Shown here piece by piece: positions 11,058 through 21,463 of a DNA stretch of 32,000 bases (within the stretch, counting starts at the first letter, position 1; each line of letters begins with the position of its first letter). The position numbers were made by a program, and so were the translations under genes. The notes under the pieces are model-generated. The model was not told where the DNA came from. It was given only the letters and a program-made list of their open reading frames with translations, and made no database searches. Source of the DNA: Blochmannia endosymbiont of Camponotus modoc (GTDB taxonomy: Bacteria > Pseudomonadota > Gammaproteobacteria > Enterobacterales > Enterobacteriaceae). The stretch lies in NCBI RefSeq assembly GCF_023585785.1, contig NZ_CP097765.1, positions 120,001 through 152,000 of the forward strand. The letters run 5' to 3'.

Positions 11058-13064
11058 TTAATGATACTGCTCTTCTTTATTTGTGGAATTAAAACTGTCG
11101 CTACTATCGTCTGTAGCGTAATCTTCGCTAATGGATGATGAAGATTGTGCAAGATTTAGTTTGACAAATATTTGTTCCATATCACTAAGGTGTTTAGTTT
11201 TTCTTCGTTCTCTTATGGTATTTTCAAGTTTATTTATATGTTCTGTAGTACCTACTGAAGCAAACTTAGACTGTCTGTGCGTAAATAAGCGATATGATAA
11301 GTCATCACTTTGATTAAAGTCAATTTTAGAAGATTTAAAAAAAATATCATGCATTTCTTCATTATCTGCATTTTTTTCATCAGAATGAGTTTGTTGATCT
11401 TTGCGAGATGCAGATCGGTTCAATAGTAATGTATCGTTCAGTGTTGATGATGCTATAAATTCCGATGAATCTTTTTCTAAAAAAGGAAAAGGAATGGGAG
11501 GGGGAGGAGGAGCTAAAAATATATGTTTATCTTCTATTATAGTATTCTGATCGTTTTCTGTTGGAGTATTATATACATCATCTTGTGGCTGTAGAGCAAA
11601 GAAGACATTTGAGACTGATGTATTATTCTTTATGCTACTATGCTGATCATCGTCATGACAAATTAATGTATGCTCAGCTGTATTTTCTGTAACATTAATT
11701 CCAGAATCAGTATTAACGTTAATAATAGACATATCTTTTTTTTGTGTATTCGTATTCAATAATTTTTTTTGTGAAAAATCTTTTACTACAATATGTATAT
11801 TTTGTTTTTTCTGTTCCTGATGGGATTGTGTTGCATTATTAGTAATGTATGAAACAAAAATATTGTTTTCTTGTTTAATAGGATAGTTTGGGAAATAGAG
11901 CGCATAAGTATTATGTGTTATTGCAACAATATTACCTCCGTGATTTTCCAATGACTCAAAATCCCATCGTACATATTTATCATTATTATCATCGATTTTA
12001 ATTATTTTAATTTCTCCGGGATAACCTGTTATTTTGTGAGTATGCCGCAAGGATGAAAGGTGATTATGATCGTTAATGGAAATATAATCGTGATGTGGAA
12101 TTATCGTAGGTATAAATGGTTGTATTATAGCATCAAGATTATTTAGTATTGATTTATTTTTTTTATTAGTATAATGCATTTGTTCCATAATAGGAGTACC
12201 GAATTGGTAATCTATTAATACTCGACAAATAGTATTATTGTATTGTTTATTTACAAAAATATTATTTATGCTAAAACCCAGCATGGGAATGGGTTGATAA
12301 TTCAGATTTAACGATAAATAATAGTCACTATTTTTTTTATTGAAAATTTTTTTATATTTTTTTTTATAAATAAATTGTTCCAATTTTATTTGTCCAGTAA
12401 ATTCGAAAAAGTGTGGAAATTTAGTTTGTATATACAATTGATGACCACTTTTTGGATAATGTATGTCACATTTCTGTAATGATGTTTCAGGATCAAAGAT
12501 ATTATCTAAATTATAATAATTATTTAACATGAATAGTGTATTATATAACCAATATTCTACACCAACATTAATTGAGTATGGTTGACTGCTGCTTTTTTTA
12601 GAAATCGGACAATGATAAAAAGTATTATATCCAATAGCGTATTTGTCGTTAGTTAGATGTCTTTTTCCTCCTCCAAAATTAAAAATTTGTTCTGATAAAA
12701 GATTGTGTACCCCTAATTGTATAAAGGATAAGTTTTTTTTGTGTTTGTTAGGTTGTGTGTAAAACGAATGAAACATATTGATTGAATCGTTTTGCAATTG
12801 CATTTTAGACTTATAAGTAGAAGAAAAGGGAGATCGATAATTATATGCATGGACGCGTAGTTTATTCGTTGTATAGGGATAAAAATTAAGAGTATGATGT
12901 ATATGGTCGTGAGTATGTAATTTCATCTCTTTTTGATATAAACCATCTTGAAATATATTATTATTAGCGTTGGATTTAATACACTCTGTGAGTGTGCTAC
13001 ACCAAGCGACTTTGTTATATGTAAATATTTGAAATATTATTCCTAATATAATAAATGTTGGCAT
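11058..13064 (-). CDS. Putative inverse autotransporter (intimin/invasin-type beta-domain) with an atypical, proline-containing C-terminal tail; 668 aa
   Basis: Hydrophobic N-terminal signal-like segment (MPTFIILGIIFQIFTYNKVAWCS). FNFGGGKRHLTNDKYAIGYNTFY...SINVGVEYW and LNYQPIPMLGFSI...RVLIDYQFGTPIMEQM resemble the intimin/invasin barrel. GYPGEIKIIKIDDNNDKYVRWDFESLENHGGNIV...IFVSYITN resembles the D00 Ig-like linker domain. Judged by motif pattern only; no HMM was run. Confidence 0.75.
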   Translation of the reverse strand: MPTFIILGIIFQIFTYNKVAWCSTLTECIKSNANNNIFQDGLYQKEMKLHTHDHIHHTLNFYPYTTNKLRVHAYNYRSPFSSTYKSKMQLQNDSINMFHSFYTQPNKHKKNLSFIQLGVHNLLSEQIFNFGGGKRHLTNDKYAIGYNTFYHCPISKKSSSQPYSINVGVEYWLYNTLFMLNNYYNLDNIFDPETSLQKCDIHYPKSGHQLYIQTKFPHFFEFTGQIKLEQFIYKKKYKKIFNKKNSDYYLSLNLNYQPIPMLGFSINNIFVNKQYNNTICRVLIDYQFGTPIMEQMHYTNKKNKSILNNLDAIIQPFIPTIIPHHDYISINDHNHLSSLRHTHKITGYPGEIKIIKIDDNNDKYVRWDFESLENHGGNIVAITHNTYALYFPNYPIKQENNIFVSYITNNATQSHQEQKKQNIHIVVKDFSQKKLLNTNTQKKDMSIINVNTDSGINVTENTAEHTLICHDDDQHSSIKNNTSVSNVFFALQPQDDVYNTPTENDQNTIIEDKHIFLAPPPPPIPFPFLEKDSSEFIASSTLNDTLLLNRSASRKDQQTHSDEKNADNEEMHDIFFKSSKIDFNQSDDLSYRLFTHRQSKFASVGTTEHINKLENTIRERRKTKHLSDMEQIFVKLNLAQSSSSISEDYATDDSSDSFNSTNKEEQYH

Positions 13065-13308
13065 GTTTAAATTTTAATTAATGTATTTTATATTATGCGT
13101 ATACAGTATATTTATATTTTTTGTTTTATTGTTGTACACAAGTAATTAATACATACAAAATTATAAATTAAATAATTACTTTTTTGAATAGAAATTCAAT
13201 TTTAAAATGATATCATTGATTTTGTATATATGGTACAAACAAATGATTTTATTAAGTATATTAATAAAATCAATTAATATTTTTATAATTAAGTAAGGCG
13301 GTATTATT

Positions 13309-14709
13309 ATGGCGATGCGTGTTGAAAAGGATACTATGGGTGCAATTTTAGTACCGAACGATCGATTATGGGGAGCGCAAACACAACGCGCATTAAAATA
13401 TTTTAATATTTCTAATGAAAAAATTCCTTTCTCGTTAATTAAAGCATTGGCCCAAATCAAGCTGGCGGCAGCACAAGTAAATTATGATTTGAAACTGATA
13501 GATTGTGAACGGGCTCAAGCAATTATTCAATCAGCGGGTGAAGTACTATCTGGAATACATAAGGACGAATTTCCAATATCAGTTTGGCAAACTGGATCTG
13601 GAACTCAAAGCAATATGAATATGAATGAAGTTTTAGCTAATAGAGCTAATAAATTGTTAAGCAGTGAACAAAATGCGAATGGGAAATTTATTCATCCAAA
13701 TGATCATGTCAATAAAAGTCAAAGTTCCAACGATGTTTTTTCTAGTGCAATGCATGTTGCAGCGGTAGTTACTTTAAATGAGCAATTAATACCTAAGGTT
13801 AAGATGTTAAAAAAAACTTTATTTGATAAATCTGTTAAATTTAATAATATTATTAAAATTGGTCGTACTCATCTTCAAGATGCTACTCCATTGACTTTGG
13901 GACAAGAGATTTCTGCGTGGGTATCTATGCTGCAACATAACATAGACCATATAGAAGTTACTATACCTCATTTATGTGAATTAGCGTTAGGTGGAACAGC
14001 AGTAGGGACAGGTCTAAACACTCATCCGGAATATGCCGGCCGTGTTGTCGATGAATTATCATTTCTTACTAAACATAATTTTGTTAGCGCACCAAATAAG
14101 TTTGAGTCGTTATCGACATGTGATGCATTGGTGCACAGTCATGGATCCTTGAAGGGTTTAGCCGTTTCTATGATGAAAATTGCTAATGATGTGCGTTTAT
14201 TATCTTCTGGCCCTAGATGTGGTATAGGCGAATTAAGCATTCCTGAAAATGAACCAGGTAGCTCGATTATGCCTGGAAAAGTTAATCCAACGCAATGTGA
14301 AGTTATGACTATGTTGTGTTCTCAAATTATGGGAAATGATGTTAGTATAAATATCGGAGGTGCATCTGGACATTTTGAATTAAATGTATATAGGCCATTG
14401 ATTATATATAATTTCTTACAGTCGGTACGTTTACTGGCAGACGGTATAGAAAGTTTTCATAAATACTGTATTGTAGGGATTCAACCGAAGCATGAACGAA
14501 TTAAAGAATTACTTAATAGTTCACTTATGTTGGTCACTGCGTTGAGTCCGTATATTGGATATGATAAATCAGCAGAAATTGCCAAGAAGGCGCATTCGGA
14601 AGGGTTAAGTTTAAAGGAAGCTGCGTTACAATTGGGTTATGTCGATGAGCAACAGTTTGATTTGTGGGTTTGCCCAGAAAATATGATTACTTCGTCAGAA
14701 GTATTTTAA
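13309..14709 (+). CDS. fumC: Fumarate hydratase class II
   Basis: [22 protein letters not shown] and [15 protein letters not shown] signature; full length (466 aa). Confidence 0.98.
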   Translation: MAMRVEKDTMGAILVPNDRLWGAQTQRALKYFNISNEKIPFSLIKALAQIKLAAAQVNYDLKLIDCERAQAIIQSAGEVLSGIHKDEFPISVWQTGSGTQSNMNMNEVLANRANKLLSSEQNANGKFIHPNDHVNKSQSSNDVFSSAMHVAAVVTLNEQLIPKVKMLKKTLFDKSVKFNNIIKIGRTHLQDATPLTLGQEISAWVSMLQHNIDHIEVTIPHLCELALGGTAVGTGLNTHPEYAGRVVDELSFLTKHNFVSAPNKFESLSTCDALVHSHGSLKGLAVSMMKIANDVRLLSSGPRCGIGELSIPENEPGSSIMPGKVNPTQCEVMTMLCSQIMGNDVSINIGGASGHFELNVYRPLIIYNFLQSVRLLADGIESFHKYCIVGIQPKHERIKELLNSSLMLVTALSPYIGYDKSAEIAKKAHSEGLSLKEAALQLGYVDEQQFDLWVCPENMITSSEVF

Positions 14710-14801
14710 TTATTATTAGAACTGAAAATATAAGCAGATGGAATAACAGTGAGTATTATAAGTTTTTTAATAAAATGTTATGAAATAATTAAGTGTTATT
14801 A

Positions 14802-15431
14802 ATGAATCGCGTTAAACGGTATCAGATTTTATGCAAATTACGAGATACTAACATTCAGCCAGTTATTGAATTAGTTTATCGATCGGAATTTGAGTTGTTG
14901 ATTGCAGTATTACTGTCGGCTCAAACAAGTGATGTACAAGTTAATAAAGTAACAAAGAGCTTGTTTAAAGTAGTTAATACACCACAAGATATGTTACTTT
15001 TGGGTGTAGATGGGGTTAAAAATTATATTAAATCTATTGGTTTATCAAATACTAAATCTAAAAATATTATTGAAACTTGTCGTTTGTTGATAGATAAATA
15101 CAACGGCATATTACCGTCGAATCGTATTGGTTTGGAATCTTTACCTGGAGTTGGACGTAAAACCGCTAATATTATTTTAAATATAGTTTTCGGTTGGCCT
15201 ACAATTGCAGTAGATACGCACGTATTTAGATTTTGTAATCGTAGTCGTTTTGCGTTAGGAAATAATGTTTTGTCTGTAGAAAAGAAATTATTGTCGGTAG
15301 TACCAAAAGAATTTCAAAGAAACTGTCATCAGTGGTTAGTACTACATGGTAGAAATATTTGCCGAGCTAAACAACCAAATTGTCGTGTTTGTGTGATTAA
15401 AGATTTGTGTGAATTTAAGGAAAAAAAATGA
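14802..15431 (+). CDS. nth: Endonuclease III
   Basis: LLIAVLLSAQTSDVQVNK, LPGVGRKTANIILN HhH motif, VDTHVFRF, and the Fe-S cysteine motif CRAKQPNCRVCVIKDLC. ATG at 14802 is preferred. Confidence 0.97.
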   Translation: MNRVKRYQILCKLRDTNIQPVIELVYRSEFELLIAVLLSAQTSDVQVNKVTKSLFKVVNTPQDMLLLGVDGVKNYIKSIGLSNTKSKNIIETCRLLIDKYNGILPSNRIGLESLPGVGRKTANIILNIVFGWPTIAVDTHVFRFCNRSRFALGNNVLSVEKKLLSVVPKEFQRNCHQWLVLHGRNICRAKQPNCRVCVIKDLCEFKEKK

Positions 15432-15566
15432 TTTATATTATAGTCGAGAAGTTACATGAATAAAATACTACGCATGGGCATAATGAGATGTTGTGTGAGA
15501 TTGTGTTTATATTTTCAAAAAATATAAATAGTTATTATACATAAACAGTATTTTGTCTAAACTTGA

Positions 15567-16874
15567 TCATTCCCATGTGATCAAGCAATGGTGTTTTTTT
15601 CCTCGTCTTAATAGTGTAAATCGATCGTATAATCTGTCGGTGGCACAAAAAATATATTCCGTTTTCAATTGTTTTTTTGAGTTTATAGTGATGCTATTAG
15701 ATAAAATTAATTCTCGTGCTTGTGCACGAGACGCTACTAATTTAGATTCTACCAATGCTTGTTGTAATGTAATCCCTGCTTTCAGTGGTACGGTCGGTAT
15801 ACCATCTTGAAATAGCTGTTCGAAATCATCTAAGGTGAGTTTGTGTATTTTTCCTGTAAAGAGATTGCTAGTAATTTTTTGAGCTGTTTTTAATCCTGAT
15901 TTTCCATGAACTAATCGAGTAATTTCCTCTGCTAATATAATTTGAGCTTGTGGTTTTGTATTTTTCATTTTATCTTCTTTTTTTAAGATATTGATCGTAT
16001 CTACATCGATGTTAGTAAAAAATTTAAGAAAACGGTATACTTCTGTATCAGAAGTATTGATCCAATATTGATAAAATGTATAAGGGCTAGTTTTTTTTGC
16101 ATCTAACCATATAGTATGTTTTTCTGTTTTTCCAAATTTAGTGTTATCAGATTTGGTAAGCAAAGGCATAGTGAGCCCGTAAGCAGTTCTTTTATATATG
16201 CGATGTATCAGATCAATACCTGATGTAATATTGCCCCATTGATCAGAACCACCAATTTGTAGTATTGCGTTATAATTTTTATGTAAATAGGTAAAATCAT
16301 AACTTTGTAATAAATTATAGGAAAATTCAGTATAAGAAATTCCATAATTATTTTGTTGTAACCGTTTTTTTATAGCATCCTTATTTATCATTTTATTTAC
16401 AGAAAAAAATTTACCAATATCTCTTAAAAATGTTAAGAGTGATATAGAAGATAACCAGTCGTAATTATTAACTATACAGGCTTGCGAATATTGACTATGA
16501 GAAAAATCTACGAATAAAGATACTTGGTATTTGATTTTTTCTATCCATTTTTGTATTGTTTCAATTAAATTGGGTTTTCGTTCAGAGTCTTTAAAACTTG
16601 GATCTCCAATTAATCCAGTACCCCCTCCTAGTAAAATTATAGGACGATGTCCAAATGTTTGGAATTGTCTTAAGCATAACAGTGGAACTAAGTGTCCTAT
16701 ATGTAAGCTGTCAGATGTCGGATCAAACCCACAATATAAAGTAATGGATTTTGATTTTAATATTTTAATTAATGCTTCTTGGTTTGTAATTTGTGCTATT
16801 AAATCACGTTCGTATAAACGCTGTATTATATTAATATTTTTATTATTCATACAAGTATCGTTTTGGTACAGCAA
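15567..16874 (-). CDS. tyrS: Tyrosyl-tRNA synthetase
   Basis: [20 protein letters not shown] (HIGH-type motif), [11 protein letters not shown], and KFGKTE in the KMSKS position; C-terminal S4-like domain. The start may be internal ([10 protein letters not shown] at about 16850). Confidence 0.97.
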   Translation of the reverse strand: MLYQNDTCMNNKNINIIQRLYERDLIAQITNQEALIKILKSKSITLYCGFDPTSDSLHIGHLVPLLCLRQFQTFGHRPIILLGGGTGLIGDPSFKDSERKPNLIETIQKWIEKIKYQVSLFVDFSHSQYSQACIVNNYDWLSSISLLTFLRDIGKFFSVNKMINKDAIKKRLQQNNYGISYTEFSYNLLQSYDFTYLHKNYNAILQIGGSDQWGNITSGIDLIHRIYKRTAYGLTMPLLTKSDNTKFGKTEKHTIWLDAKKTSPYTFYQYWINTSDTEVYRFLKFFTNIDVDTINILKKEDKMKNTKPQAQIILAEEITRLVHGKSGLKTAQKITSNLFTGKIHKLTLDDFEQLFQDGIPTVPLKAGITLQQALVESKLVASRAQARELILSNSITINSKKQLKTEYIFCATDRLYDRFTLLRRGKKHHCLITWE

Positions 16875-16974
16875 TCAAGAGTATTTATATGTATTTTATA
16901 AAAGTCAATACTATTTTATTAAGTTTAGTTATATTTTTTATATATCATAAAATCCACTTAAATTGTAATTGTAA

Positions 16975-17619
16975 TTACGGAGATAAACGGTAAATACGCC
17001 ATGTATGTTTATATCGTTGATATATAAATCGATCATGTAATCGATGTGTTCCGCCTTGCCAGAACTCCATGCTATTTATATTAATTTTATATCCTCCCCA
17101 AAATTCGGGAAATGGTACTTTTTTATGGAGATGATTTTTTTTGAATTCTAAAAATTTATTTTCTAGTAAATCTTTAGAGGAAATAACTTTAGATTGATTA
17201 GATACCCATGCGCTAATTTGATTGTTTTTTGGGCGTGTATAAAAATGTTTTAATACTTCTTTTTCTGGAAGTTTATTCACACTTCCTGTTATTATTACTT
17301 GTCTATCTATAACATTCCAAAGAAAACATAAACTAACTTTTGGGTTATTGGCTAAATGCATAGCCTTGCGGCTACTAAGATTAGTATAGAATATCATTTC
17401 TTTATTAGTAAAATTCTTCAATAACACCACACGTTGATAGGGTTGACCAGTGTGATCTACTGTAGCTAAACACATTGCAGTAGGATCAGGTATTTTTGAA
17501 AAATACGCTTGATGCAACCATACTGAAAATAACTGAATAGGATGATTAGTTAAATCTGTATGACGCAATTGTCCAGATATATATTCTCGTCTGATGTTAG
17601 AAATGTTAGTTTTGTCCAT
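16975..17619 (-). CDS. pdxH: Pyridoxamine 5'-phosphate oxidase
   Basis: IRREYISGQL, DPTAMCLATVDHTGQPYQRVVLLK, FWQGGTHRLHDRFIYQR. ORF extends to 17694; ATG at 17619 (MDKTNISNIRREY) is preferred. Adjacent to tyrS as in E. coli. Confidence 0.96.
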   Translation of the reverse strand: MDKTNISNIRREYISGQLRHTDLTNHPIQLFSVWLHQAYFSKIPDPTAMCLATVDHTGQPYQRVVLLKNFTNKEMIFYTNLSSRKAMHLANNPKVSLCFLWNVIDRQVIITGSVNKLPEKEVLKHFYTRPKNNQISAWVSNQSKVISSKDLLENKFLEFKKNHLHKKVPFPEFWGGYKININSMEFWQGGTHRLHDRFIYQRYKHTWRIYRLSP

Positions 17620-17956
17620 TAGCATAAAATATGGTATTATACTGGTTATTGCAAAACAGAATAACACATTTTTGTTTGTATCTAAAATAAACAAGAAGTA
17701 CTACAAGAGCTATAATAGTAATTTTATTGGTTTTGAATCTCTTATAATAAATTTTAATTTCTTGATAAATATTCAAGAGCATATTTGTGTAAGCTAAAAA
17801 AGAGTCATTATTTATTTAATTTATGAATAATGATATACTTCAGCACACTTAATGATATATATCTATATATTCTTGTACGATATCTGGAAAATAAGATATA
17901 AAAATTTATTTAATTTTATTAAAAGGTATGTATATTCTTTAATTATATGATACTTT

Positions 17957-18391
17957 CTAATTTTTATTATGTAAATTTATAATGTTTTTTTCTAATTTAG
18001 AGATAATTTTATTTAGAAAAATTATTTCCTCATGATTAATTCCACTAAAAATTTCATTTCTCGTGATAGAAATAACACGATTTACTTCATCAATAACAGG
18101 TTTAGCATTATCAGTTAATTTAATTCGTTTAGCTCGTCGATCATTCAGACAAGTATGTCTTATGATTAATGATTTTTCTTCAAGTTGATCGAGCGTTCGC
18201 ACTAGAGATGGTTGTTCTATCCCTATGGCTTTTGCTAATTGTATTTGAGATTGTTCCGGCGGTAATTGACAAATATTATGCAATGTAATCCAATGTGTTT
18301 GTGTAAGTTTTAAAGGTTTTAAACGATGATCAATTAAAGCACGCCATATTCTTACAAGGCGTGCTAAATCTGATCCTAATGGTGATTCCAA
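17957..18391 (-). CDS. slyA: MarR-family transcriptional regulator SlyA
   Basis: [40 protein letters not shown]...[23 protein letters not shown]...[10 protein letters not shown] is near-identical to enteric SlyA. Confidence 0.96.
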   Translation of the reverse strand: MESPLGSDLARLVRIWRALIDHRLKPLKLTQTHWITLHNICQLPPEQSQIQLAKAIGIEQPSLVRTLDQLEEKSLIIRHTCLNDRRAKRIKLTDNAKPVIDEVNRVISITRNEIFSGINHEEIIFLNKIISKLEKNIINLHNKN

Positions 18392-19167
18392 TTTTTTCTT
18401 CCTTATAATTGAGTCTACTTTATTTTAGAATTTATTTGTTTTAGACAAGTGGATAATAATATATACACGTGTGATTATAGCGATAATCGTATCTATAATA
18501 TGATTCTAATATAATTTAATAAAATTTATTGTACAACGATTTGTTATCATAGTTTATCAATTAGATATGTTATTATGTGTACTTTAATTTATTAAAGTGT
18601 AACATACATTTATTGTTGTGTGTAAATTATTTTTAATACAAGTATTAAAAATAATTTATTGAATGAAATGTACTTATATAAAAATAAATAAAAATTATAA
18701 TTATAGTATAATAATTATTTAAAAAAATTGTTTGTTTAGTTATTTATGTTACAATGTTATTCTTGGGAGTTCTACTGGGGACAATTAAATTACCAAAAGA
18801 AGTGTGTTTTTATAAATCAACTTGGTGTTATTCGTTATTTTTATGAGTTATGTATATCTTTATTAAGCATCTGTTATTATATAAATAAATTGTAGTTTGT
18901 TTGCTGTAAATTTTACTATCTTGTAGTGATTAAATCATGAGTATCAGCATACGTGACTATCTTGAAAAATTAATAAATATCTTAATTTAAGATATATTTA
19001 TGTAAAATTTTGTTTTAGACAAAAAATGTGTTGTTTTAATAAAATAGTTATTTACTATTTTGCATGAAATATTCAAACAATCATTTTTACATGATAAATA
19101 TGAAAATGTAATTAGAATTTGTGGTAGTGTTAACTGTTTATGTAATGTAATATATCTCATAATAAAT

Positions 19168-19821
19168 ATGATTTGTAAAGATGATCGCAATACTCTTCGA
19201 GCAAGATTTCGTGGGTTTTATCCGGTTGTGGTTGATGTAGAGACAGCAGGTCTTAACGCTAATATTAATGCTTTATTAGAAATTGCTGTTGCTACACTTA
19301 AAATGGACGAATATGGTTGGTTGTGTGTAGATGGTTCTCTTAATTTTCATATTAAATCATTTCCTGGAGCTATTATTCAGCCAGAATCATTAGCGTTTAA
19401 TGGAATTGATTTAAATAGTCCTTTAAGAGCTGCAGTGACAGAGCAAGAAGCATTACATGAAATTTTTGAAATGGTGCACCAGGGCATCGAAACTCAAGGA
19501 TGTAGCCGTGCTATTATCGTAGCACACAATGCTTTTTTTGATCACAGTTTTTTAATGGCAGCAGTAGAACGCGTAAGTTTTATGGAAAACAATCCATTTC
19601 ACCCTTTTGTTATGTTCGATACAGCTACTTTAAGTGGATTAGTATTTGGTCAAACTGTACTAGCTAAGGCGTGTGCATGTGCGGGTGTTTTTTTTGATAA
19701 GAACAAAGCGCATTCTGCATTATATGACACTGAGCGAACCGCAATGTTATTTTGTGAATTGGTAAATAAATGGAAAAGACTTGGAGGTTGGCCATTAACT
19801 CCTTGTTGTGCTGAGTCTTAA
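19168..19821 (+). CDS. rnt: Ribonuclease T
   Basis: DEDD exonuclease motifs: [56 protein letters not shown] at 19168 is preferred over 19060. Confidence 0.94.
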   Translation: MICKDDRNTLRARFRGFYPVVVDVETAGLNANINALLEIAVATLKMDEYGWLCVDGSLNFHIKSFPGAIIQPESLAFNGIDLNSPLRAAVTEQEALHEIFEMVHQGIETQGCSRAIIVAHNAFFDHSFLMAAVERVSFMENNPFHPFVMFDTATLSGLVFGQTVLAKACACAGVFFDKNKAHSALYDTERTAMLFCELVNKWKRLGGWPLTPCCAES

Positions 19822-19972
19822 TGCTATATCATTAAATACCCGATATTTATTTACGGTTTTCTTGTGTTATAAAGAAGAATTATAAATTTGAATAATCACA
19901 CTTATCTAAATTTTATGTATCTGTATAGTAGCTACTATAATTTTTAATCCTCTTTAAAAAAAATTAAAATAT

Positions 19973-20305
19973 TCAATGTAAATTATGTCTTAGTTTGACC
20001 TGATCAATTAGAGTTTTTAGTGTACCGTTGTGACTCATGTTGATTATGATATCAGATCCACCTATTAATTTTCCTTCTATCCATAATTGAGGAAAAGTAG
20101 GCCAATTAGAAAATATTGGCAGAGCGTTTCTAACATCTACATGAATCAATACGTCAATATAAAAAAACGATTGAGTATAAGCAGACAATATTTGCGCGGC
20201 TTTTGATGAAAAACCACATTTAGGAGCGCTAGGTGTACCTTTCATATATAAAACGATAGGATTTTCTTTTATTTGATTTTTAATTTTTTCTATTGCATTG
20301 TTCAT
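19973..20305 (-). CDS. grxD: Monothiol glutaredoxin Grx4
   Basis: IVLYMKGTPSAPKCGFSSKAAQILSA with the CGFS active site, and WPTFPQLWIEGKLIGGSDII. Confidence 0.96.
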   Translation of the reverse strand: MNNAIEKIKNQIKENPIVLYMKGTPSAPKCGFSSKAAQILSAYTQSFFYIDVLIHVDVRNALPIFSNWPTFPQLWIEGKLIGGSDIIINMSHNGTLKTLIDQVKLRHNLH

Positions 20306-20467
20306 GTTGTATTTGTGTTAAAAGTTAAAATTATGCCTAATGGAGCTTAATTATGTGAATATTATTTTTCTTAATGTAGATGGAGCATGTAACGTTTTAA
20401 TATAAATTCTTCTTAATTTCTCATAATTATTTTTTCTTCATAACATCTGTATGTTGATAAACATTAA

Positions 20468-21091
20468 TTATTTTTTTTGCAAATTAACCATAGACCATGT
20501 CCTTTCAAAGTTGTTTATAGCAGATTTTATAATAATGTCAACTTCAATATTTACTATATTGCCTATTGTTTTTCCGCCAAGCGTTGTTTGTATCGCAGTG
20601 TATGGAGTTAAACAAATACGTATATAATTATTGAATATTTTGCTCACTGTAAGACTTACTCCATCTACACCAATTGATCCTTGTTGTAAAACATATTTTT
20701 TAAGATATTTTTTTTTTATACTAAACCATATTATTTTGTTGTTTTTTGAGGTAATTATTTTTATAATTTTTCCAGTGCAGTCAATATGTCCACTCATTAA
20801 ATGCCCACCAATTTCAGAATGATAACCGATCGATCTTTCTATATTGATCAAATCTCCTAATTTTAACATACCTATATTAGTTAGTTTTAGTGTTTCATGT
20901 ATTACATTAAAACTAACTAAATTATATTTCATGGCAATAACAGTTAAACAGCATCCATTATTTGATATAGAACAACCAATTTTTAAATCCGAGAGTAGAT
21001 ATGCGGGTAATATAACTGTATATGTTTTAAAATTGGTTACTTCATAAATTGCATGCACTGGAACAACAGCTTGTATAATACCTGAAAACAT
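20468..21091 (-). CDS. ribE: Riboflavin synthase alpha chain
   Basis: MFSGIIQAV start, GCCLTV, GHLMSGHIDCTGKI, GSIGVDGVSLTV duplicated lumazine-binding-type motifs. Also called ribC in E. coli. Confidence 0.95.
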   Translation of the reverse strand: MFSGIIQAVVPVHAIYEVTNFKTYTVILPAYLLSDLKIGCSISNNGCCLTVIAMKYNLVSFNVIHETLKLTNIGMLKLGDLINIERSIGYHSEIGGHLMSGHIDCTGKIIKIITSKNNKIIWFSIKKKYLKKYVLQQGSIGVDGVSLTVSKIFNNYIRICLTPYTAIQTTLGGKTIGNIVNIEVDIIIKSAINNFERTWSMVNLQKK

Positions 21092-21389
21092 ATTTTTCAA
21101 ATACTATTTAATATTGTTTTAAATTATATATAATACTATTATAGCATATATCTATTTTTTATTAAATATCACTTTGAATTGATTTTAAATCAATGTGATA
21201 AAAATGTACTTTTGTAATATAAGATATTCTTAAAACATTTGACGTATGATAAAATTACATGTATTTTACCACGTATAAGTGTGGTTTTTAATAAATCATT
21301 CTGGTTAAGTTGTAGGACGGTAAGAAATAGATAATGTAAATTAATAATACAGTCTATTTGGTAATGGGTTATTAAAGTTGTATTGTTGT

Positions 21390-21463
21390 GCGTTCTTAGC
21401 TCAGTCGGTTAGAGCACTACCTTGACATGGTAGAGGTCGATGGTTCAAGTCCATTAGAACGCA
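21390..21463 (+). tRNA. tRNA-Val (anticodon GAC), 3' CCA not encoded
   Basis: GCGTTCT...AGAACGC acceptor stem, AGCTCAGTCGGTTAGAGC D-arm, anticodon stem-loop CTACC-TTGACAT-GGTAG, and T-arm GGTTCAAGTCC. Followed by TTAG rather than CCA. Confidence 0.96.

Noticed and set aside
11131-11313. 60-aa plus-strand ORF
   Set aside because: Antisense to the autotransporter tail; low complexity and no motif.
13176-13460. 94-aa minus-strand ORF overlapping the fumC start
   Set aside because: Overlaps fumC antisense; the remainder is translated AT-rich spacer.
15553-15810. 85-aa plus-strand ORF antisense to tyrS, plus hairpin CTTGATCA/TGATCAAG (15562-15585)
   Set aside because: The ORF is a shadow of tyrS. 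The hairpin straddles the tyrS stop codon and lacks a T-tract, so a terminator call is not justified.
16531-16950. 139-aa plus-strand ORF
   Set aside because: Mostly antisense to tyrS; no plausible domain.
18987-19190. 67-aa minus-strand ORF in the slyA-rnt spacer
   Set aside because: Translated AT-rich DNA with no RBS or family signature.
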